IMG/VR virus record: IMGVR_UViG_3300011435_000024
Coordinates: 1-42,602 of that record
Reading direction: 5' to 3' (one strand)
Origin: a virus
Taxonomy: Duplodnaviria; Caudoviricetes
Length of the DNA: 42,602 nt
Every line of letters starts with the position of its first letter. The first letter of the stretch is position 1. Below, in pieces: positions 33,002-42,602 of the stretch. Both the position numbers and the translations under genes were made by a program. The notes beneath the pieces were generated by a model. The model made no database searches, had not been told where the DNA came from, and worked only from the letters and a program-made list of their open reading frames with translations.

Positions 33002-34813
33002 ATGCCCGTGCTGAAACTTCAGGCCCGCGACGAGGAGCCGCTCGAGGATGCGAGCGAGGGGTTTGCCGGCGGCCAGTGGTCGCAGGGCCGGCGCAGCCGC
33101 CTGGCGGCCAATCAGGCGCACCGGCTGCAAAACGTGATGTTGTGGGACGCGACCGGCCGCGCGACCACGCGCCGCGGCGCGCAGCACATCGGCGACGAGG
33201 AACTGCCGGGCCCGGCGGTCGACGGCCTGGGCTACTTCGACACGCCGGATCTGGAGCGGCTGGTGCGGGTGAAGAACGGACTGGTGGAGGAACACGAGAA
33301 CCTGGACCCGACGGAGGCCTGGGCCACGGTGGCCGGCTGGACGCCCGAGGCGGGCGAGCCGTGCGCGATCGTGCAGGGCATCGCTGGCGGCGATCAGGTG
33401 CTATTCTTCAGCAACGGCGTCGACCCGGTGCAGAGCTGGGACGGCAGCAGCTTCACCAGCGAGGCGGCAATCCCTCTGGGCCGCGCGATCGGCTGGCACA
33501 CGAACCGCCTGATCGTGGCCGCGGTGGATACAGATCCGGATACGATATTCTTCTCCGACATTCTCGACGGGCAGGCGGGCTACGACGTGACGAAGCGGAT
33601 CCGCGTCGGCGCGGGCGACGGCGATCCGATTGCGACCTGGCGGCCGTGGTATGGGACGATCATCGCCGTTTTCAAGCGCGGCAGCGCGTGGCTGGTGGAC
33701 GTGAACCCGGCCACGGCGGTGGGCTCCATGCGCGTCGACCGCGTGCCGCACGCGCGCGGACTGGTGGCGCGGCAGGCCGTGGCCGAGGCGGGCAATGATC
33801 TCCTCTACCTCGCGAGCGACTACCGCGTGGCCTCCCTGAAGCGCTACCTCGAGGCCGGCGCCGAGGTGCAGGTCGTGGTGTCCAACGCCGTGAGCAACGA
33901 GATCGACAACATCAACCGGGCCGCGGCGCACGAGGCCAGCGCGGTCAGCTACGGCACGCGGACGTTTTTTATGATCCCCACGGTCGTGCCGGGCTATCCG
34001 CACGTGCTGAGCTACAACAACGACCTGAAGGTGTGGGAGGGTTACTGGAACGGCTGGACGCCGCTGTGCTGGGCGGTGAGCTACGCCGGCGGCCAGCCGC
34101 AACTCAACTGGGGCGACGACGTGGGGCGCGTGTTGCGCTGGCGGGACGCCAATCCCGAGGTGCTCGAGACGGAGGAGGACCACCGGGATCCGGACTGGTT
34201 CAACGCGACGCAGGCGATCCGCACCTCGATCGAGACGCGGAACCACACCTGGCAGGCGGCGCAGAACGCCAAGCGGCCGCTGCACGTGGAGATTGAATTT
34301 GCGCCGGGCTGCACGGCAGAGCGGGCCAACCTGTGGTTGATCCGCGACGAGACGGTGCAGCCGCAGCTGGGCTTCGTCGACCCGCGGCAATTGCGCGCGA
34401 GCCTGAACCTGCTGCACGAGCTGCCGGGCCGTGAGTTCGGGCTCCGGATCGAAAGCCCGGCGGGCAAGCTGTCCGTGGCCGCGGTGCGCTGGAGCGCGTT
34501 TCTCGAGACCGTGCAGCTCGTCGCGCCGGCGGGGTTTGATCGCGCGACGCCGGGTGATGGCTGGACACCCGAGGAACCATCGAGCGAGCCGGTGCCGGTG
34601 CTGCTGCCGGCGGTGACGCTCGACGGCGCGGGGGATTTCAGCGGCGAGCTGACGGTGGTGTCGGTCATGCCCGCGGTGACGTTCGACGGCGACGGCGATT
34701 TGGTGGTGCTCGCCTATGGCGGCTGGGTGTGGGGGATTCTCACGCTGGAAAGCACCGACGAGGCCGCGCACGACGCGGCGAGCGGCGATTGGGTGTCGGG
34801 AACCGGACCATAA
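33002..34813 (+). CDS. Putative tail nozzle / stabilisation protein (beta-propeller)
   Basis: FAGG...LQNV...RRG, FSNGVD, HTNRL, IFFSD, AVFKR and LLYLA repeats typical of podoviral nozzle proteins. Confidence 0.65.
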   Translation: MPVLKLQARDEEPLEDASEGFAGGQWSQGRRSRLAANQAHRLQNVMLWDATGRATTRRGAQHIGDEELPGPAVDGLGYFDTPDLERLVRVKNGLVEEHENLDPTEAWATVAGWTPEAGEPCAIVQGIAGGDQVLFFSNGVDPVQSWDGSSFTSEAAIPLGRAIGWHTNRLIVAAVDTDPDTIFFSDILDGQAGYDVTKRIRVGAGDGDPIATWRPWYGTIIAVFKRGSAWLVDVNPATAVGSMRVDRVPHARGLVARQAVAEAGNDLLYLASDYRVASLKRYLEAGAEVQVVVSNAVSNEIDNINRAAAHEASAVSYGTRTFFMIPTVVPGYPHVLSYNNDLKVWEGYWNGWTPLCWAVSYAGGQPQLNWGDDVGRVLRWRDANPEVLETEEDHRDPDWFNATQAIRTSIETRNHTWQAAQNAKRPLHVEIEFAPGCTAERANLWLIRDETVQPQLGFVDPRQLRASLNLLHELPGREFGLRIESPAGKLSVAAVRWSAFLETVQLVAPAGFDRATPGDGWTPEEPSSEPVPVLLPAVTLDGAGDFSGELTVVSVMPAVTFDGDGDLVVLAYGGWVWGILTLESTDEAAHDAASGDWVSGTGP

Positions 34814-34816
34814 TTT

Positions 34817-35659
34817 ATGCAAGCTTTCGTGGATACAACCGTGCGGCTCGACAACACCAGTGACCTGTTTGGTTACGGTCATTTCCACAAGGTGATGCCG
34901 GCGCCACCGGCGGGCACAAAGCGGGTGATCTATGCCTTTCGCGCGTATTACGACTCGATCGCCGCGATCACCAACTACACCGCCAAGGCCTGGAATCATA
35001 CCAATTACTTCGGGCTGGGCTTCAATGACGACGTGCTCGAGTTCACGATCCCGTATCCCGGCAGCCCCTACCGGCCGGACGGTTTTTTTGGCTGGTTGAC
35101 GAATCGCCCCACAATCGACGTGTCCAACGTCTACCACAACGACCGCCTTGCCCTGTATATGCTCGACCAAGGCGGGGCCATCGGGCGCCAGGTGATCGTC
35201 GGCTACTCACTTGGCGGGGGCTACAGGCAGAACAAGGATTTCCTGAACGGCATGGGGGCGCCCATCAGCGCCAACCTCACCAATCTGCAATTCGGCGGGT
35301 CCGACGAGGCGGAGCACACGCGGCTGCCGGCGCGGCCATCCGATGGCGCGAATTTTACCGGCGCGTGGGAGATCTGGGCGAGCGCGGTTGATAAAACGAT
35401 GTACGCCCGCATGGCCGTCGACTACAACGCGCTCGCCGACGCGGCCATGTTCGACGCCTTTGTTGCTCCGGTCGTCGCCCACACCTACACGCTGCACGGC
35501 GACGTCGTGAGCACCTACCGGCCGGACTTCGCCACCGTCGTGTTTCCGAACGTAATCAAGTGGCGCAAGAGCGTGCCGGATAAGAAATTCGTGTTCGAGG
35601 TCGTGCGCCGGCGTTTCTACGACTACGCCAACAACGTCCTGGGAGAGGATGAATCGTGA
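34817..35659 (+). CDS. Hypothetical beta-rich protein with atypical composition
   Basis: 280 aa, aromatic-rich, visibly more AT-rich than neighbours. Confidence 0.7.
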   Translation: MQAFVDTTVRLDNTSDLFGYGHFHKVMPAPPAGTKRVIYAFRAYYDSIAAITNYTAKAWNHTNYFGLGFNDDVLEFTIPYPGSPYRPDGFFGWLTNRPTIDVSNVYHNDRLALYMLDQGGAIGRQVIVGYSLGGGYRQNKDFLNGMGAPISANLTNLQFGGSDEAEHTRLPARPSDGANFTGAWEIWASAVDKTMYARMAVDYNALADAAMFDAFVAPVVAHTYTLHGDVVSTYRPDFATVVFPNVIKWRKSVPDKKFVFEVVRRRFYDYANNVLGEDES

Positions 35660-36099
35660 GCACGAGCGCGGCGGAAATCGTGGGCTGGCTCGAGGCGCGG
35701 CTGCCGCAGGTGGCCACCTGGGCGTACGGCCAGCCGGGCAACGTGTGGCGCTGGTATTGGCATCACGGCGCCGCGGCCGTGCTGACTGATGCGGGCCGAA
35801 TCGTGGCCGCCGGCGCGGCGCGCGTGACGGATCGCGCGCACGTGCTCGATCCCTTTCACACCGATCCCGCGGGCGACGTGGCCTATGTCTATGTGGCCGC
35901 GGCCGACACGTCGGAAGGCCTGCGCGGCCTGTGGGCGTGCATGGAAACGCTGCTCGGCCGCCGGCCGTGGATTGCGTGGCAGCGCCCGACGCGCGGCCGC
36001 GGCCTGCAGCTCCACCCTTACGCGCGCGTGGCGCGCCTGCTCAACTCCACTCAACGGGAAGATTTCACCCATGGACGTCGATACACCAGAGCCGCCTGA
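35656..36099 (+). CDS. Hypothetical, possibly GNAT-like virion assembly protein
   Basis: GTGA-coupled; occupies the slot between nozzle and ejection genes. Confidence 0.5.
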   Translation: MSTSAAEIVGWLEARLPQVATWAYGQPGNVWRWYWHHGAAAVLTDAGRIVAAGAARVTDRAHVLDPFHTDPAGDVAYVYVAAADTSEGLRGLWACMETLLGRRPWIAWQRPTRGRGLQLHPYARVARLLNSTQREDFTHGRRYTRAA

Positions 36100-37270
36100 T
36101 CTTGGCGCAGCGACCCGCGAGGGCATCGAAACTGATATCTCCACGCTGCCGTCGCGGCTGCTCACGGAGCGGGCCGCCGGCGAGGGCCGGCGCCTCTACC
36201 GCCGGCCGGATGGCAGCTATTCGCTCGACGCACCCGCGGGCGAGGCCCCGGCCGCGCTGGCCAACTATCAGCGCATGTATCGCGACCAGGTGGACGCGGG
36301 CAACTACGGCGACAAGCCGCCGAGCTTTGACCAGTGGCTCGACCAGGCCGCGGGCAACGCGCGCGACAACCCGCAGGTGGCCGCCGACGTGCGCTCGATT
36401 CGCGACTTCTACAGCGCCGGCGGCGGAGATCTCGCCGCCGACTTCACCGGGGTGGGCGATCAGGACCGGATCGACCGCGACATCGCGAACCAGACCCGCC
36501 TGCTCGAGGCCGGCGCCGGCGTGGCGCGCAACATGGAGCGCGGCCGCCTCGAGGACCTGCAGGCGCTGCTGCCCGAGTTCAACCGGTTGAACCTCGAGCA
36601 ACAGCGCGCGGCCTACGGCACCGCGCTGGATGCGGCCGACGAGGGCGAGCGCCGGCGGCTGGGCCTCGAGCTCGAGTACCGCCCGCAGTTCACCGAGAGC
36701 AATATCACCGCGCAGGAGGAGGCCTACCGGCGCGCGCTGGGCGCGTGGCGCGAGGAGAATCCCGAGGCCAGCGCCGCCAAGCAGCGCCTGGTGCAGGAAC
36801 TCATGGCCGGGGTGGGCGAGGGCGGCGAACTCACCGCGCCCCAGCGGCGGCGCGTGGAGCAGAACGTGCGCGGGGCGCAGGCCGCCCGCGGCAACATCCT
36901 GGGCGACGCGGCCGGCTTCGACGAGGCGCTGGCGGTTTCCGGTTACGGCGAGGATCTGCAGCGCGGCCGCCGGGCCGAGCTGATGGGTTTCCTGCAGGGC
37001 GAGCAGGGCATGACGCCGAACTTCGGCAGCGGCGCCTATGCGCCCAACATGCCGGCGTTTGCCGCGACCACGGCGGGCGGCCCCAACCTCACCCCGGCCA
37101 ATCTCACGCAGTCCAGTGCGTGGAACGTGACCAACCCCAACGCGGGGGCCATGGGCGTAGCTCAGGCCAATACCCGCTTCGACCAGGGGATGCAGATCGC
37201 CAACCAGCCAAACCCGTGGCTCGAGGGGCTGGGCATGGTGGGCGGCGCGGCGCTGGGCGCGATGGTGTGA
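36071..37270 (+). CDS. Putative DNA ejection / internal virion protein
   Basis: MDVDTPEPPD start, QAARGNILG motif, Gly/Ala hydrophobic C-terminus. Confidence 0.65.
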   Translation: MDVDTPEPPDLGAATREGIETDISTLPSRLLTERAAGEGRRLYRRPDGSYSLDAPAGEAPAALANYQRMYRDQVDAGNYGDKPPSFDQWLDQAAGNARDNPQVAADVRSIRDFYSAGGGDLAADFTGVGDQDRIDRDIANQTRLLEAGAGVARNMERGRLEDLQALLPEFNRLNLEQQRAAYGTALDAADEGERRRLGLELEYRPQFTESNITAQEEAYRRALGAWREENPEASAAKQRLVQELMAGVGEGGELTAPQRRRVEQNVRGAQAARGNILGDAAGFDEALAVSGYGEDLQRGRRAELMGFLQGEQGMTPNFGSGAYAPNMPAFAATTAGGPNLTPANLTQSSAWNVTNPNAGAMGVAQANTRFDQGMQIANQPNPWLEGLGMVGGAALGAMV

Positions 37271-37277
37271 GCAAGCC

Positions 37278-37760
37278 ATGGTGACCGACCTGCCCTTTCC
37301 GGAGACGCTGCCGACGCTGGAGGCCCAGTTTGCGCTGCTGGCCGCGGGCCGGAAAGCGGCCGTGCTCCTGCCGCACTGGTCCCCCCAGTGGCGGGCGCCG
37401 GCGGGTTTCGCGGTGCATGCCACGCCGTGCGGCACGTTCTTTTTTGATCCGCGGAACCTCGTGGCCTACGTGATTGACCGCGACCTCGCGGCCGACGAGA
37501 TCGGCCGCGTGCTCGGCTACGGCGTGCCGCGCAAACCCGCCCGGCCGGTGGGGGCGCTCGCGCTGCTCGCGGCGGATGGGAGCGAGGTGCTGGCCGTGCT
37601 GGTGGACGCCGGCAGCCGCGCCGCAGCCCAGGCGGCGCTGGAACCCATGGCCGGCCCGGCCCAACGCGTGGAACTGGTGCCGGTGGCGCAGATCATCCGC
37701 GGGCGGCTCGCCTGGTGGACCCAACACTTTGCAACCCAGGAGAAACTCACACATGCCTGA
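37278..37760 (+). CDS. Hypothetical protein
   Basis: Packed ORF between ejection-type genes. Confidence 0.6.
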   Translation: MVTDLPFPETLPTLEAQFALLAAGRKAAVLLPHWSPQWRAPAGFAVHATPCGTFFFDPRNLVAYVIDRDLAADEIGRVLGYGVPRKPARPVGALALLAADGSEVLAVLVDAGSRAAAQAALEPMAGPAQRVELVPVAQIIRGRLAWWTQHFATQEKLTHA

Positions 37761-38688
37761 CAACGGCGGCAGTCTACTCCGAGGAGTCCTCGGCGGTTAT
37801 GGTATCGGCCGCGACCTGCGCATTCAGCGCCGGCGCGACCAGCTCGACAAGGAGCTGCGCGCGGATCGCGCCCTCGAGCGCGTGCGCGGGATGCATCGCT
37901 TCGGCTGGGAACAGACCGACCGGGCGAACAGCACCGACGATCGTACCCGCCGGCACGGCTACGAGGATCAGGATCGCGCGACGATCACCGATGAACGCGC
38001 ACGCCGGCGGCAGCTCGAGGACGAGATCCGCGGCCGCGCCGACGCCGAGCGCAGCGCCGAGGAGCTGGGCACGGGCGACGAGATCGAGACCGCGCTCACG
38101 CGCATGGCCGGCGTCGCCGACACCGATATGAGCCCGGAGGAGGGCGAGCTCGAGGCCGCGCTGCGCCGCCGGCGCGCGGCCGTGCTGCCCGCCGAGCGCG
38201 AGCGCGAACAGGGCGAGATCGAGCGGCGGGCCGAGGCCCGCGCGCAGGAATATGGCGACGAGGCTGCGCTGGAGGCCGAGCTCGCGAAGCTGGCCGGCGT
38301 GCCTGATGCCGACGTGGATCCGGCACAGGGCGCGGTTGAGGCCGCGCTCCGCCGGCGCCAGGCGGCGATGAAGCTGCGCCGCGACACGCAGGGCATGGGC
38401 CGCGAAACCGTGGAGCTCGATCCGGAATCGGGCGAGCCACTCTCGCGGCGCGTGACGCGGCCGGTGGGAATCGCGCCGCCACCGGTGACGCCGCCACCGG
38501 CCGCGCCGGGCGGCGAAGGCCTCGGAGTCAATCCGCCGTCCATGCCGGGCGCACCCGATGCGCAGCAGCGCGCCTCGAGCGGGCAGGCCGCGCTGAAGCC
38601 GGGCACCGTCGTGGTGCAGCAGGGCAAACGCTATCAATACCGCGGCGGCGATCCGCGGCGGGCGGACAGCTACGAGGCCGTGGACTGA
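37753..38688 (+). CDS. Putative internal virion protein with internal duplication
   Basis: GSLLRGVLGGYGIG start; two roughly 40-aa repeats; C-terminal GKRYQYRGGDP module. Confidence 0.65.
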   Translation: MPDNGGSLLRGVLGGYGIGRDLRIQRRRDQLDKELRADRALERVRGMHRFGWEQTDRANSTDDRTRRHGYEDQDRATITDERARRRQLEDEIRGRADAERSAEELGTGDEIETALTRMAGVADTDMSPEEGELEAALRRRRAAVLPAEREREQGEIERRAEARAQEYGDEAALEAELAKLAGVPDADVDPAQGAVEAALRRRQAAMKLRRDTQGMGRETVELDPESGEPLSRRVTRPVGIAPPPVTPPPAAPGGEGLGVNPPSMPGAPDAQQRASSGQAALKPGTVVVQQGKRYQYRGGDPRRADSYEAVD

Positions 38689-41600
38689 TGCCCTTCAATC
38701 CGAACCTGCCGTTTACGCTGGTGGACGAGGGCGACGACACGCCGGCGTTTGACCCGGCGCGCCCCTTCGAGGTCGCGCCGGCCGAATCCGACGCGAGTCA
38801 GTTCAACCCGGCGCAGCCGTTTGAGGTGGAGGAGCGGCCGGGCGCGCTTGAGGGGATCTGGAACACGGCGCGGCGCAGCGGCAAGCAGCTGCAGCAGACG
38901 GGAGATCTCGCCGGCGTGATGGTGGGGCAGGCGCTGGCGGATCCGGAACTCGAGTTCAAACGCCGGCGGCAGCTGGTCGAGGTCGATCACCCGCGTAGCC
39001 CGCGCGAGGATACGGCCGCCTACGCGGCGCGGATCGACGAATTAACGCGGCGCGAGCTCGCGGCCGCGAAGGCGACACCGGTGCAGGCCGCGCGCGACGT
39101 GGTGACGCAGGCGCACCAGGCCACCGGCCGCGAGCTGGTGACGACCAACGTGCAGGAACTCGCGCGCCGGCAGGGCGAGATCGAGGGCATTCCGCAGACC
39201 GAGCGCATGGACGCGTACGATCGGGCACAAGGGTGGTCGGCTGTGCTGCGCGCGTTTCATCCCGAGACCGCGGCCAACATCGCGGTGCGCGGCGCGATCA
39301 ATTCCGTGCCGGCGATCGCGCTGGGCACCGGTGGGGCCCTCGCGGCCGGCCCGGTGGGCAGCGCCGCCGGCGTGGCCGCCGGATCCTTCGGGCAGGAATA
39401 CCTGGGCGCGATCACCGAAACGCTCGCGCAGCACAAGGTCGACCTGCGCGACCCGGCGGCGCTGCTCGCGACGCTGCAGGAGCCCGCTTTCCTCGAGGCC
39501 GCGCGCGCGCGCGGCGTGGCCCGCGGCATCCCGGTGGCGCTGTTCGACGCGATCAGCGCCGGCCTCGCCGGCCGGTTTCTGCGCGCGGCGCGGGCGACCG
39601 GCGGCAGCCGCGTGGTCGCCGCCGGCAAGGAGGTCGGGCTGCAGGCCGCGCTGGGTGGCGGGGGGGAAGCGGCCGGCGCCGTGGCCGCCGGCGACGGGCT
39701 CGATCCCAAGGCGATTTTCGAGGAAGTGATCGGCGAGCTCGCGCCCGGCGCGCGCGAGGTGGCGCAAAACTATTGGAGCGACCGCGGGGCGGCACCCGCG
39801 AAGGCGAAGACTTTGGGCGGTGCGGGAGCGGCAGCAGGGGTACCTGCCGGGGTTTCCAGGGAACAGGGAGGATCTTCCGTGCCGCCCATTTCCACTCGCG
39901 GCGCTGCGGCAGCAGCGCCGCCAGCCCAGCCCGCACGGGCCTTGCTGGGGGACTTGCTCGCGGAGATCCAGGCCGATCAGGCAAACGAAAGTAAAAAACG
40001 CGCCGACGAATCGGCCGCACGCGATGCCCGCCAGCGGGCGGCCGACGAGAAGCGCGCAGCTCTCGACCGCACGCTGGCGCTGGCGCGCGAAACCGCGGCT
40101 AACCCGGAGGCGACCTATGCGCAGGTGCAGGGCGCGGTGCGTGTGCTCGAGGACTACGCCGGCGACAACAGCCTGGGGATTTCGCAGGAGCAGCGCGACA
40201 CCGTGGCCGCCACGCTGGGCGCGCTGCAGCCGCGGTTCAAGGCCCTGGCGGCCGCGGAGGAAGCGCGCCGCGACGACGCGCTGGCCGTTTCCAAGGAGGC
40301 GGTCGCACGCCGCGCCGCCGAGCAAAAGGCGCAGATCACCGCGGACCGCGAGCGCGTGAAGGCGGAGAAGGCCGCCGGCATTGGCGCCTCAGGAGAATTT
40401 GAATACGACACCGCGCCGGCCGCGGCGCTCGCGGCCCGCGCGGCCGCCGGCGACGAGCGCGCCCAAAACGAGATCGTGCGCCGTGAAGAAACGGCGGAGA
40501 TCGAGCGCGGCCGCGCGGCGACGGACGAGGATCTGTTGACCGTGCTCCGCCGCGTGCAGTTGCCGACCGAGGACACCAGCGGATTTGACCGCGAACTCGC
40601 CGAGCTGCTGCGCGAGGGGATGAGCTTCGGCCAGCGGCAGCAGCTCGTGCGGCCCGGCCGCGGCAGCCTCGACGGGATTGCCGAGGTCCTGCGCGGCGAC
40701 TACGGTTTTAACCAGTTCCAGACGCCCGATGATGTGCTCGAGGGCGTGAGGGCCGCGCTGCGCGGGGAGGTGGTCCGCCCGCAGGCTAGGGTGGCGGCCC
40801 TGGCGGAGCGGCGCGAAGGCGGATCGAAAGCGGCCGACATTGAACACCAATTCAGCGCACAGGGCCTCGAGGCTGATACGTGGGAAAACGAGGAAACAAT
40901 TCACGTCAGCCGGGTGGAGGTGCCGAAAGAAAAGCGAGGGCAGGGGATTGGCACCGCCTATATGGAGGCGCTGGCTGCATACGCCGATCGCACCGGCAAG
41001 ACGATCCGGCTTTCCCCGGCGACCGACTTTGGCGGTACCAGCATGGACCGCCTGCGCCGATTTTACGGCCGATTTGGCTTTGTGCGCAACAAGGGGCGGC
41101 ATCGCGATTACCGGCACAGCGAGACGATGTATCGACGGCCCAAAGACGCTGAATATGCCGAACCTTCACCGGCCGGCTGGGGCGAAGTCGAAGGGCGGCC
41201 GCCTTTGCCGCGCGAGCTCACGCCCCGCCGGCGCGATCGCATCTGGCGGGCGTTCCGCCGGGCTTTCCCTGAACTTGCGGAGCAGGTCGAAATTGAAATC
41301 GCGACCAGCGAGCGCGAGCTGGGCGAGCGATTGCAGCAGCGAGGCGTGCGGCTCGATCCCGAGCGGCTTTCGCGCATCGACGCGGCCGCGATCCCGCGCG
41401 AAGCGCAGCAGCGCGTCGACCAGGCGCACGCGGCGCGCGACACGATCGTGTTTGCCGCGACCGCGTGGCAGGATTTCCGGCAGGGCGCGAAGCGCACCGC
41501 GCACGAGGTCGCGCACTTCTATTGGTATGCGCTGCCGGCGGAAACCCGGCGCGAGCTCCGGGCCCTGCACGAGCTCGAGGTGACGCAACGCCGCGGGCCG

Positions 41601-42602
41601 CTCTACAAGGACGGCGAGCTGCAGACGGAACTCGCGCACGTGGAGGATCTCGACGCGCGCGGCACCCGCGAATGGTTTGCCGAGCGCATCGCGGCGCTGA
41701 ATCGCGACTGGGCGGAGAACCGCCTGCAGCGCAGCGACGCCGGCGTGATGGGCCGGGCTGAGCTCCTGCTGCGCGACGCCTGGGAGCGGCTCCTCGAGTG
41801 GTTGCAGGCCACGTTCACGAGCGACGTGCAGCGTCGGCTGCGGCAGGATCCCGAGGCGGGTTTCTGGCAGGACGAGTTTCGCCGCTTCATGCGCGGCGGG
41901 GCGCAGGCCAGCGAGCGCACACGCACGGCCGCGGCCGCGTATGCACAGCGGCCGCGCAGCGTGGATTTTGCCGAACGCGGGCCCAGTGCGCAGGAGGAGG
42001 CGAAGCTGCTTGAGGGGCAGATCGCGGCCGGCCAGGAAGCGGCTGACGCCGCGCGCGCGAAATGGGAGGCGGCGGACGCCGAGGTGACCAAGGTCGAGGG
42101 CGAGATCGAGGCGCTGCGCGAAAGCGACGAGATTGCCGAGGACCGCGACAGCCGCGGCCGCGCGCTGCACGCCCGGCTGAAAGGCGCGAAGGCGCTGGCC
42201 CAATCCCACTATGCCGCGACCGTGGCCGCGCGCGATCGCGTGCAGCTGTGGGAGGACCGGCTCCGGTTGCACAAGCTCAACGCCGCGGCCGTGGCGCGCG
42301 CGGCCGTGACGCCGGCGGCCGCGGGCGACAACCGCGTGGCGCAATATCGCGCCTGGGAGGCGCAACTCACGAAGCTCGAGCGCGAGCGCGCGGCCGACGA
42401 GGACAAGGCCGACCGGGCAACGATCAAGAAACAGCGCGAACGCAGCGACCAGATGGTGGCGCTCGCGCGCGACATGCGCGCCCTCGCCGAGGAGCTCGAC
42501 GCCGAGCGGCCGGGCTGGCGGAAACCACCCGAGGCGCCGGCACTCGAGCGGCATGAAGGGGAGGACGAGGCCTCGCCGTTCACCCCCGCGCAGGAATACA
42601 CG
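38688..42602 (+). CDS. N-terminal part of the giant polyvalent/internal virion protein (GNAT and zincin metallopeptidase domains), continuing at base 1
   Basis: TGATG coupling at 38686-38690; translated by hand with no stop to the window end (hence missing from the ORF track); RGQGIG at 40935-40952, HEVAH at 41502-41516. Confidence 0.85.
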   Translation, partial: MPFNPNLPFTLVDEGDDTPAFDPARPFEVAPAESDASQFNPAQPFEVEERPGALEGIWNTARRSGKQLQQTGDLAGVMVGQALADPELEFKRRRQLVEVDHPRSPREDTAAYAARIDELTRRELAAAKATPVQAARDVVTQAHQATGRELVTTNVQELARRQGEIEGIPQTERMDAYDRAQGWSAVLRAFHPETAANIAVRGAINSVPAIALGTGGALAAGPVGSAAGVAAGSFGQEYLGAITETLAQHKVDLRDPAALLATLQEPAFLEAARARGVARGIPVALFDAISAGLAGRFLRAARATGGSRVVAAGKEVGLQAALGGGGEAAGAVAAGDGLDPKAIFEEVIGELAPGAREVAQNYWSDRGAAPAKAKTLGGAGAAAGVPAGVSREQGGSSVPPISTRGAAAAAPPAQPARALLGDLLAEIQADQANESKKRADESAARDARQRAADEKRAALDRTLALARETAANPEATYAQVQGAVRVLEDYAGDNSLGISQEQRDTVAATLGALQPRFKALAAAEEARRDDALAVSKEAVARRAAEQKAQITADRERVKAEKAAGIGASGEFEYDTAPAAALAARAAAGDERAQNEIVRREETAEIERGRAATDEDLLTVLRRVQLPTEDTSGFDRELAELLREGMSFGQRQQLVRPGRGSLDGIAEVLRGDYGFNQFQTPDDVLEGVRAALRGEVVRPQARVAALAERREGGSKAADIEHQFSAQGLEADTWENEETIHVSRVEVPKEKRGQGIGTAYMEALAAYADRTGKTIRLSPATDFGGTSMDRLRRFYGRFGFVRNKGRHRDYRHSETMYRRPKDAEYAEPSPAGWGEVEGRPPLPRELTPRRRDRIWRAFRRAFPELAEQVEIEIATSERELGERLQQRGVRLDPERLSRIDAAAIPREAQQRVDQAHAARDTIVFAATAWQDFRQGAKRTAHEVAHFYWYALPAETRRELRALHELEVTQRRGPLYKDGELQTELAHVEDLDARGTREWFAERIAALNRDWAENRLQRSDAGVMGRAELLLRDAWERLLEWLQATFTSDVQRRLRQDPEAGFWQDEFRRFMRGGAQASERTRTAAAAYAQRPRSVDFAERGPSAQEEAKLLEGQIAAGQEAADAARAKWEAADAEVTKVEGEIEALRESDEIAEDRDSRGRALHARLKGAKALAQSHYAATVAARDRVQLWEDRLRLHKLNAAAVARAAVTPAAAGDNRVAQYRAWEAQLTKLERERAADEDKADRATIKKQRERSDQMVALARDMRALAEELDAERPGWRKPPEAPALERHEGEDEASPFTPAQEYT

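Noticed and set aside
23423-35659. Diversity-generating retroelement or invertible tail-fibre shufflon
   Set aside because: No reverse transcriptase, template/variable repeat pair or invertase seen.
39886-39940. Possible sixth copy of the two-hairpin element (CCATTTCCACTC-GCGGCGCTGC-GGCA-GCAGCGCCGC)
   Set aside because: The hairpin is real but the conserved TGGCGAG flank is absent; could be chance in GC-rich DNA.

Overview
The window looks like a complete, circularly permuted genome of a high-GC temperate podovirus-like phage in its free (attP) form. The stop-free reading frame from 38688 to the last base continues in frame into base 1, giving one gene of about 2353 aa. Modules, almost all on +: attP (3' half of tRNA-Glu(CTC)) with a tyrosine integrase; an immunity switch; an early/accessory operon (Tad1-like anti-defence sponge, metallopeptidase, minimal PolX, SSB, orphan ParB); replication initiator; TerS/TerL, portal, scaffold and N4-gp56-like capsid; signal-peptide-bearing lectin and beta-helix proteins; an SGNH hydrolase moron; membrane/lysis genes; tail adaptor, nozzle and ejection proteins; and a giant polyvalent protein with GNAT and HExxH domains. 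Two features stand out. (1) At 12036-13463 there is an integron-like array of four attC-type hairpins plus an attI-like site and no recognisable IntI. Its genes run antisense to the cassettes, start inside their own attC and take their stop codon from the next site. (2) A two-hairpin element with compensatory base changes occurs five times, mostly in frame inside genes. All product calls come from motif recognition by eye; no database searches were run.
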